Positions 54,776 to 64,000 of a stretch of DNA of 64,000 bases are shown in pieces (within the stretch, counting starts at the first letter, position 1; each line of letters opens with the position of its first letter). The notes beneath the pieces are model-generated. The model saw nothing but the letters and a program-made list of their open reading frames with translations. It did not search any database and was not told the origin of the DNA. The stretch is from assembly GCA_951406725.2 (NCBI GenBank), contig OX597832.1, forward strand, positions 69,192,001 through 69,256,000. The letters run 5' to 3'. Source of the DNA: Octopus vulgaris (taxonomy: Eukaryota). Made by a program: the position numbers and the translations under genes.

Positions 54776-55907
54776 TATAGTAAAATGTTTTGGATGCAGA
54801 CTTAATTGTTCACCTGGTTTGCCACCACTATGTGGCCTTGGATACCATCTGCCCAAGAAGCAAATGCATGGGCCAGGGCTTTTGTCTCAGGAAAATGTTC
54901 TCCTTTCCTTCCACCAGGTTTGGAACTCCTTCAAACAGATCTCTGCTGCTTCTGTTCTTCTCCCAACTCTGAGGAAGCCATGGAAAATAATTGGGTCATC
55001 ATCCATCCATCTAAACCATGGCCTCGGCTTCTGAAACATTATTTATAAATATCAAACTTGTGGCTTTGTCATTGACAAACAGCTCAGTAAGTTAACCCTG
55101 CAGCCACAAGACCTATCACTCTCTCTCTCTGATTCTCTCTAACACTTGCACATGTGCACACACACACACACGCACGCACGCACGCACACACACACACATG
55201 TACGCACGCAAACACACACACACACACACACGTATGCGTAACATAAGTGTTATAACAATGTGTATAGTTTTATGGCTAATAAAACTACACATGATTGATA
55301 TTTTCAAGGTATGTTTTCATTGCTGAAAATCAAGAGCATCAGCTGTATCGCAGAGTGGGAGACAAGTGACAGAGATACAAGAGAAGAAAGAGAGAGAGAG
55401 AGAAAGAGAGAGAGAGAAAGAGAGAGAGAGAGGAGAGAGAGAGGGAGGGAGAGAGGAGAGAGTGACATAGAGGGAACAACTATGAAAACAAAGCAAAAAC
55501 ATAACCAACCAAACCAAACAAACACTGAAACAAATTCAAAAGCAAGAGGACAAACAAAAACCAAAAAAAAAACACTCAATAATTACTAGCCAACTATGTA
55601 ATGGAATAAGACAATAAAATTGTGGTGGCACCACTCTACATAAATCACTGCAAAACCAGCCTTTTGATTGAACATCACTCAAAGAGTGAAAGTTATAATG
55701 GTTTCAATTAGCAAACAAACATGATGACTATCCTCATATGAAACCAATCAAAATATGAATACTATTGTACATTTTGATTTTACTGAAGAATGGTGCAAAT
55801 AATTAGAAACAAAAACCAGAAGAAAAAGATAAACAATTGAGGCTTGTAGAGCACTGAAGATTACATTGCTGTGTGTGTGTGTGTGTGTGTGTGTGTGTCT
55901 ATATATA

Positions 55908-55944
<37 letters not shown>

Positions 55945-56224
55945 TTGAGTGAGGAGAGTGGCAGTGTCATTATTGATATTATTATGGTTATCTAAGGTGC
56001 TGAACTGGCAGAATCGTTAAAACGGTGGGCAAAATGTTAAGCAGTATTTTGTCTGTCTTCACTTTCTGAGTTTTAATACCACCAAGCTCAACTTTACCTT
56101 TCATCATTTTGGGGCCAATAAAATAAGTACCAGTTGATCTCTGGGGTAGATATAATTGACTTACACTTTCCTACGAAATTGCTGGCCTTGTGCTAAAATC
56201 TGAAGCCATTATTATTATAATACT

Positions 56225-56440
56225 TTAACTCTTTAGATTTAAACTGGCCATATTCAGCCCAAAATAATCTGCCTTTTTATGTTGAAACTGACCAGATCTG
56301 GCCTTTCCCATCCACATTCTAAAAATAAACAATCATGTCATTGAAATCTTGAAGTCACAAGATAATGCATGATTAATTCAAAACAAAGTGAACAAATAAG
56401 CATCACATTTGACAGACCAATCTGGATATTGAAGGGTTAA
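56225..56440. mobile_element. TTAA-flanked MITE-like element
   Basis: Begins ttaactcttt and ends gaagggttaa, giving short imperfect TIRs with TTAA ends. Confidence 0.45.
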
Positions 56441-56719
56441 CCAAAAGTCAGGAGATGACAGAATTGGTAAAATGGCAAATAAAGAAAGAATATTAAGTGT
56501 TATTTTGTTCTGTTTCCATTTATTTTTTATTTCAAATCTTACTGTCATCAATCAAATGTTTCTAGTCAGTCTTTTAGGGTTAATTCTTAAAGAGGACCAG
56601 TCTTGTACTGGTTTAAGAAAGTGGTACCAGTTATTTTATCCAAACTGTGATTTTGCTCATGTATTAGAAAATGCAAAGATTTCTATATCAGGACATAGAC
56701 TGAGACACATTTACAATGC

Positions 56720-57280
56720 TTAACCCATGTATTCATATATTTCTGTAGAAATTCACTGATTTTGTTTCAATTAAATTTTGAAATTAGTGAAGAATGTAAA
56801 AGCAACTGTGATTAATAAGCTGACATCTAGAATATAAATTAATTTGGACAGAAGATTTTAATTTAGATTAATTTAAAACAGAAAGTTGTTATAGAATCAG
56901 GGCAATTTTAGGCAGGTTGGTATCAGAATGAATTCAGAGGATAATGTAGTAGCAAGGTACCAGCAGCTATTTTACCAATGTAGATAATCTGGTTGCCTAA
57001 GAGGATTATCACCTCTTACTTGCAATATCTTTTACTTAAGTATTTAACCCATTCGTTACTGCATCTCTATCAAAACACACCTGCTTTTGTTTTAATTAAT
57101 CTTGAAATTAATGAAGAATTTAGTGAAAATGAAGAATAACTGTCATGATTAAGCTGCTATTTGTTACATAACTTAACATTAACTTATATTAGAAGCTTTT
57201 AATTAAGATCACTTTAAAACAAAGTTAGTGCCACAGAACCGAAGGTGGTCTCAAAAGAGTTGGCATTAAAAACGTGAACC
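56720..57280 (+). repeat. Two diverged copies of a ~220-bp MITE-like repeat
   Basis: 56720-56935 and 57045-57280 both start ttaaccca and share tttgttt.aatt..ttgaaatta.tgaagaat. A related reverse copy lies near 33870-34055. Confidence 0.55.
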
Positions 57281-58189
57281 AATTTATTTTATTTTCCTGC
57301 AAGATTTATATTAAGGAATGGAATGGTAGATGTGGAAGGATTAATAGATACCATCAAGGTCTTTAATTTATTGGCTCCAGAAGGCTAAAAAGAAAAGTTG
57401 ACCTTGATGGGATTTGAAACCAGAATGTAAAGATGCAAATAAAATACTGCAAGATATTCTGTGCAAGAGTCACATGATTCTGCTAATCCAGCACCCTTAT
57501 AACGATTTTGAATAATTGTTTTAGACTTGGCACAAGGCCAGTACTTTTTTGAGGGGAGGAAATTAATCAGTGGCATTCAATGCAGGATCTTACTGATATT
57601 TTATTCTATTGAATCAGAAAAGATGAAAAGCAAAGTTATCCAGGGTGGAATATGAACTCAGAGCATAAATAGCTGGATCAACTACCACATGGAATTTTTT
57701 TCCTACTGCTCTAACAATTCTGCCAGCGCACCACACTACAACAGCTGTAATAATGGTTTCAAGGTAAGTTCAAGGCCAGCAGATTAGTAAATGACATCAA
57801 CCCCAGTACTTGGCTGGTATTTTGTTTTATCAACCTTAGAGGCAGCGAAGGCAATTTCGATCCCAGCGAGAATTGAACTCGGAAAGTAAAGTGTTGCAAC
57901 TGATAGCGTAAATGATGCACAGCTTTGAAAGTGTAAATTTATAGATCTTCATGGTATTGTTTCATTATGTTAAACATTTTGATTGTGTCAGCAATTTTAA
58001 CATACAAATGCAGAATAATATCCACCTTCTCCTTCCCACTCACCCTCCCTCTATAGACCTCCTCTCTCTCTCTCTCTCTCTCTCTCTCCCTTCTTGTGTT
58101 TCCCCTTCTTGCTTTTCCCTCATTCAACTACTCCTGTTCTGTTTCTCTTTTTATCTCCCTTTCTCCCTTTTCTCTCTCTATATATATAT

Positions 58190-58390
58190 ATCATCATCAT
58201 CATCATCATTTAACGTCCACTTTCCATGCTAGTATGGGTTGAACGATTTGACTGAGGACTGGTGAACCAGATGGCTGCACCAGGCTCCAATCCGATCTGG
58301 CAGAGTTTCTACAGCTGTATGCCCTTTCTAACGCCAACCATTCCGAGAGTGTAGTGGGTGCTTTTATGTGCCACCTGCACAGGAGTCAGT
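58190..58390 (-). mobile_element. SINE-like family D
   Basis: (CAT)n-tttaacgtcc..tttccatgctagtatgggttg. Confidence 0.75.
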
Positions 58391-58440
58391 CCATATATAT
58401 ATATATATATTATGTATGTATGTATGTATGTATATGTAGA

Positions 58441-59000
58441 TATGTCAGGTCACTTTCGAATGCTACTGGTAACATGTAACCCAGTACAACCTGTTGCATG
58501 GTCAGGTTGTCGGCGACTAAACCGGCAACCCCACCAGGCTTGCTTGGTGAGGAGGGTGTTTATTGGACACCCTGTGGGATGAAAAACAAAACCCATCAAA
58601 GAGTGGAGGAACTCTTGAGAGTCAACGGCCATCCAATAAATGTCTTAAAGCTGTATCATGTGCGGGCACATAGAAATAATCGGACTGAATACCCGATCGC
58701 GTGGTTAAACCATTGGGAGTGTAGGACTCCTAGCCTTTGTTAGGGCATCCTTCTAGGAGAAGATAACTCAGGTAACTGGGATAACTCCAACATAAAACCT
58801 GCGGCTCAGTGGTTACCGATGATGTTGACTTGTTCTTCGTTTCGGATTATGGCTGCTGTTGCTTAGTGAGTGGGATTGACTCAGTGTACAGCCTTTCCTC
58901 ACTTTAAAAAAAAATCTTCTTGCATAGGCATTGCACGATAACAACATTGATTAAGCTTCACGCAATGGCCATATTCGATAACGAGGGGGCAACCACCATA
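58441..59000 (+). mobile_element. Internally deleted non-autonomous derivative of the RTE (5' UTR fused to 3' end)
   Basis: 58441-~58950 matches the reverse complement of 51150-51680. ~58951-59000 (ttaagct..gcaatggccata.tcgataa.gagggg) matches the reverse complement of 47470-47515. Confidence 0.88.
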
Positions 59001-60225
59001 TGTAGATATATGTATATATTTCTCCATTCAAGTTATAACTGTCCTTGATGTAAGCATAACATAATCAAGAGAAAGTTAAGCAGTTTGTTACTTTAGTGCA
59101 GGGGAAATGCAGCCACATGCAATGCACCACATGTACTGCACACCCTACCTGGAGTACATGTTTACTTTTAATAGTTTCTTTTCTTGAAAAGTAATCCTTT
59201 TCGTTCTTTCCCTTGTTAGCTATTCTCGTCTCTCATTGCCCATATTTTATAAGCAAATGTTTAGGTTAAGCAGAAGATATATCTTTTATGACATTGTTTC
59301 ATTGTTAAACATTTCGACTTTGCCTGCAATTTGAACACACAAATGCAGAATAATGTAGACCTTATCCTCCCCAACTCTCTCTAATAATATAGACCTTCCC
59401 TCTCACTCTCACCTTCTCAAACAGACCTCTCTCTCTCTCTCTAATATAGATATTCTCCCCCTTTCTCTATACATTATTTTCTCTTTCTATCTTTCTGCTG
59501 ATTCCACCATTCCTGTTTTGTTTCTTTGTCTCTCTTTCACCACTTCCTCCCTCTCTATACATATATTTCTACACTTGAGTTATAACCTGCCTCGAAGTAA
59601 GCATAACACATGGATGAAACAGGCAGAATAGTATTGTAATAATTATTTTTGAGATGTCATAAATAAGAGAAGGAGAAATGTGGTTGCTTATCCACTGGAA
59701 ATGGACCCAACAGCCATTCCTATGAGGCTTAGAAGTATAAAAAAAAGAACTTCATAAATAGATAAATAAATGATTGCTTAACCAAACAGAATCAAACACA
59801 AATCCTAGATTAATTGGTTTACACATTCAAGAAAGAGGAGCAGGAAATAATTGTCAATGAATATTTTCAAGTTACATTAATATTTTGTCTGGAGATAAAT
59901 GAAAGTATTATTTTTCTTCTTTCAGTTTCCTGTCTGTTCTTTACAGACCATGCATATAGCTAGCTGAGCTCTGTGTTCTACTTTTCACTACAAGAAACTC
60001 AGAGAGGTAAGGTGGCCACGTGAACTGCAAGAAACAGCAGTCAAGTTTTCTTTAAATCACATTATACAAGCTTGCAGAAGATGGAAGTGTAAATATCATA
60101 GTTTTCAGCTACATGTTACACGTCACAAATGTAACAGATGTAATTGTGTCATGAATGTTTTGTGTGAGCTTAGGTCTGCCTAGTCAAGTGTGGCCTGAGG
60201 ACAAATCTCAACAACAAAGGTTGCA

Positions 60226-60325
<100 letters not shown>

Positions 60326-60334
60326 TTATTATAA

Positions 60335-60555
60335 AGCAGCAAGCTGGCAGAACCGTTAGCATGCTGGATGAAATGTTTAGCAGTATCTTGCCCATCACTG
60401 TGTTGTGAGTTCAATTTCAGTCAAGGTCAACTTTGCTTTTCATCCTTTCAGGGTCAATAAATTAAGTACCAGTTGAGTACTGGGGTCAATGCAATCGACT
60501 AGTCTCCTCCCTCAAAATGTTGAGGCCTTGTGCCTTATGTAGAAACGATTATCAT
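60335..60555 (+). mobile_element. SINE family B
   Basis: agctggcagaaccgttagc..gagttcaatt..ctttcatcc..aagtaccagttgagtactgggg. Confidence 0.8.
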
Positions 60556-60564
60556 TATTCTTTT

Positions 60565-61036
60565 GAATCAAGTCCGTTCTTATTCCTGGTAGAATTTATG
60601 TAGGTAGCGAGTTGCTACCTGTAACTTTAGGTATCCATAATCTTTCAATAGTCTTAAGGCCATCCTGATAATCTTTCCTGTCCCTAAGAGGCAAAAACTT
60701 TCTGTATAAGCTCTACAGGGCATTCTATTCCAATATCTTCAACCATTTGTAGGCAACTTCACTTTTCCTTGTCTATTTTTGTTATGTCTGGTCTACCATT
60801 TTCTAGTTTCTTGTCCGTTTGAAGAGGAAAGTCCCACAGAATCTAACAATTCTCTGATTCTAGCACTCCTTCAAACTGATCTTCATACCATACATCTCCA
60901 GCTTCAAATCTCCATTTCTAGCAAAGCTTCCAGTGCAAAATTTTTACAACTTGGTTATGCCTCCATTTCTTACATTCTTGTGCCAACTTGGGACATTCTG
61001 CAACAGTGTGTGCCACTGTTTCATTCCAAGATCCAA
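60565..61036 (-). pseudogene. R4/Dong-like fragment (CCHC remnant plus RLE)
   Basis: Hand translation ETVAHTVAECPKLAQE.KKWRHNQVVKILHWKLC..ILWDFPLQTDKKLENGRPDI. Abuts (TTA)n. Confidence 0.75.
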
Positions 61037-61049
61037 ATTATTATTATTG

Positions 61050-61092
<43 letters not shown>

Positions 61093-61093
<1 letters not shown>

Positions 61094-61647
61094 GAGTGAG
61101 AGAGCAGTGCATGCCATCAAAGTGACACTGGGGTAAGATATACGAAGCCCAATATACCCATCATGACTACCCGTCTGATAAAGGTACACCAGGCACATGC
61201 ATCACAACCATATGTGCGCGACATGGTGATCTCATATCAAGATAAACAGCACATGACCTTGCAGGTGGGGCCCAGTTAGAATTTTCTTCAGGTTGAGTAG
61301 CCCATCCCGCTCAAAAGGTCCCTGAATAAGGGCTGTTTAAGGATGTTGAAAGAACCACCCATGTTTCCAGAGGTGAATTATTCAAACCCCAAAGAATCCC
61401 TCTCAACATATGGCTATGATGCTCCCCCACTACTTCTGCTCGTGATCAGAGATGCACATATCGTCAGCCACTAAGGGACATGCTCAACTGGTTAAGGTCC
61501 AACAACTGACAAGCAAATCTGTGGTATTGAGCAGAATATTTGCTGTAGCCCATCTTTTATACCAAGACAAAATAATGTACATGATAACACTTCCAATCAG
61601 TTAAGATCAGAAGCCATGAGAGCCACTGCCTGGTACTGCATCAGGGC

Positions 61648-61650
<3 letters not shown>
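61093..61650 (-). mobile_element. Non-autonomous (TAA)n-associated element, longest copy (~555 bp)
   Basis: Non-coding and flanked by (TTA)n on both sides. Further copies at 61735-62160 and 24411-24818. Confidence 0.8.
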
Positions 61651-61708
<58 letters not shown>

Positions 61709-61734
61709 GTTATTATTATTATGATTATTATTAT

Positions 61735-62160
61735 TGAGTGAGAGAGCAGTGCATGCCATCAAAGTGATACTGAGGAACGAATATACGAAGCCCAATGTAC
61801 ACATGTATCACAACCATATGTGCGTGACCTGATGATCTCATATCATGATAAACAGTGTAGGACCTTGCAGGTGGGGCCCAGTTGGAATTTTTTCAGGTCA
61901 AGTAGCCTATTCTGCTCAAAATGTCCCTGAATAGGGTTTGTTTAAGGATGTTGAGCAAAACACCCATGTTTCCAGAGGTGAATTACCCATACCCCAAAGA
62001 ATTCCACTCAACACACGGCTATGATGCTCCCCCACTACTTCTGCTCTTGATCAGAGATGCACATATTGTCAGCCACCAAGGGACATGCTCAACTGGTTAA
62101 GGTCAAACAACTGACAAGCAAATCTGTTGTATTGAGCAGAATATTTGGTGTAGCCCATCA
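61735..62160 (-). mobile_element. Non-autonomous (TAA)n-associated element, truncated copy
   Basis: Colinear with 61093-61555 and shares the same end (gagtgagagagcagtgcatgcc). Confidence 0.8.
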
Positions 62161-62192
62161 TATTGTTATTATTATCATCATCATCATCATCA

Positions 62193-62247
<55 letters not shown>

Positions 62248-62465
62248 AAGGTGGTGAGCTGGCAGCATCATTAGCATGCTGGGTAAAAGGCTTAGTGGAA
62301 TTTCATCCATCTTTATATTCTGGATTCAAATGCCACTGAGGTCAACTTTGCCTTTCATCCTTTTGGATTCAATAAATCAAGTATCAGTGAAATACTGGGG
62401 TTGGTGTAATTGACTAATCCCTCCCTGCAAAATTTCAAGCCTTGTGCCTATAGTAAAAAGGATCA
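62248..62465 (+). mobile_element. SINE family B
   Basis: ggtggtgagctggcag..ggattcaaatgcc..gcctttcatcc..ccttgtgcctatagta. Confidence 0.8.
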
Positions 62466-62483
62466 TTATTATTATTATTATTT

Positions 62484-63240
62484 GAGATGTCGTAAAGTAT
62501 CCAGTATCATAATACTGCTGACTGAGGATATTGTGTGTACCAGTGGGGTTTGTACTGTCTGTCAAGTCAAAACAAGGACCTCAGACAGACAGTACTTTAC
62601 CCAATATGTGTGCAGTTCCCATTAATGCTGACTTTTGCAATACATCTAGATTGTTGGGTATTGCTAAAGTTCCCAGATGTTTCTTCAGGTTGGGCAGTAT
62701 TGAACCCAATGCTCTGATGACAATAGGAATAACCTTTATGTTTGACTCTCATAGCTGCCACATCTTAGCGATCTCAATTCTCAAGTCTCCATACATATCA
62801 ATGTTTTCTCTTTCTTTCCTGATGATATGTCAATCTCCTGGTACTGCCATGTCGATTATTAGGCACTTTTGTTTGTCCCTCCTAAAGATTACTATATCCA
62901 GCCTTTGATGTTCTAACACCTTGTCTGTCTGGAAGTCAAAGTCCCAGAAGAGTTTGCCTTCTCCTTTTCCTCCATTTCCTCCATACACATTCTGGTGTAT
63001 GTTGGTACCAAGCACCTGTAATCTCATATCCATATTTATGGCATAGTAGCCAGTGAAGGTTTTGAGCTACCTTGTCTTGTCTATGTCTGTACTCTTTCTG
63101 TGCAAGACTTTAACAAGCACTAACAATGTGAGTCATGGTTTCAACCCTCTTCCCACAATTTCTTCAGAAAGTTCATTGCACTTGCATAGAATATATTCTT
63201 TTCCGCTGAGTTGGTATTCAATGCCTGGTCTTGGGCAATG
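62484..63240 (-). pseudogene. R4/Dong-like 3' fragment (CCHC plus RLE) in (TAA)n
   Basis: ORF track gives FWDFDFQTDKVLEHQRLDIVIF..CLIIDMAVPGD. Hand translation continues VIPIVIRALGS..LQKSALMGTAHIL, with ETMTHIVSAC upstream. Confidence 0.85.
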
Positions 63241-63284
63241 ATGATTAGGCTTTCAGTATTTAATAAATATCATTATTATTATTA

Positions 63285-63321
<37 letters not shown>

Positions 63322-63621
63322 ACTTGCCACACTAGTAACACCACAACTACTAACCTTAAAAACAACAGCTTCCCTAACAACACCATCAATATCAACATCA
63401 CTCTCCTGACGTGAAGACAGACCACACTCAAAGCCTCAAGTGTTGACAAACAAGCATGGGTCAGAAGTTAGAAGCTTGACTTAACAAGATGGAGAATGAA
63501 TATTTAAAATATTTAATCATATATCAAGCACATCAAGGCTAAGTTTAGCAGAGTCAATCAATAATACTAAGATTAACATGCAATTCAAAAATTCAACATT
63601 CATTTGTGTGTGTGTGTGTGT

Positions 63622-64000
63622 CATCATCATCGTTTAACATCCGTTTTCCATGCTAGCATGGGTTGCACAGTTGGACTGGGGTCTGGGAAGCCAGAAGGCT
63701 GCATCAGACCCCTATCTGATCTGGCAGTGTTTTTACAGCTGGATGCCCTTCTTAACGCCAACCACTCCATGAGTGTAGTGGGTACTTTTTACTGCCACTG
63801 GCACAGGGGCCAGAGGAGGCTGACAACAACCACAATCAGTTGGTGCTTTTTACGTGCCACTGGCAAGGAAGCCAGTCAAGGCAGTGCTGGCATCAGCCAT
63901 GTTCGGATGGTGCTTTTTATGTGCCACCAGCACAAGTATCACAACTGCAATTTCCATTTGATTTTCATTTTGATGTTGATGTACTTGACTCAATAGGTCT
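63622..64000 (-). mobile_element. SINE-like family D, running off the window end
   Basis: Colinear with 19441-19725, with an extra ggtgctttttatgtgccac subunit. Confidence 0.8.

Overview
This is AT-rich, repeat-dense eukaryotic non-coding DNA (intergenic or intronic). The SINE complement and the very high (TA)n, (TAA)n, (CAT)n and (CA)n content suggest a coleoid cephalopod such as Octopus (inference). I could not support any host protein-coding exon, and most ORF-track entries are microsatellite translations. Recognisable transposons are: a near-full-length decayed RTE LINE (47.5-51.7 kb) with three C-terminal C2H2 fingers, plus an internally deleted derivative of it (58.4-59.0 kb); a 5'-inverted RTE fragment; a Tx1/L1 3' fragment; several R4/Dong-type RLE fragments in (TAA)n; a full-length inactivated DD34E Tc1; two mariner-like relics; MITEs; and at least four SINE-like families. 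The most notable signal is absent from the ORF track. At least five sequence-unrelated, non-coding elements carry type-I hammerhead-ribozyme cores (stem I-CTGANGA-stem II-GAAAC-short stem III-GTH-stem I). They are arranged as divergent inverted repeats, several with an extra tail on one arm, which is the architecture of Penelope-like-element pseudo-LTRs and retrozymes. One family joins a tRNA-like Pol III head to the hammerhead tail. All alignments and folds were done by eye, so boundaries are approximate.
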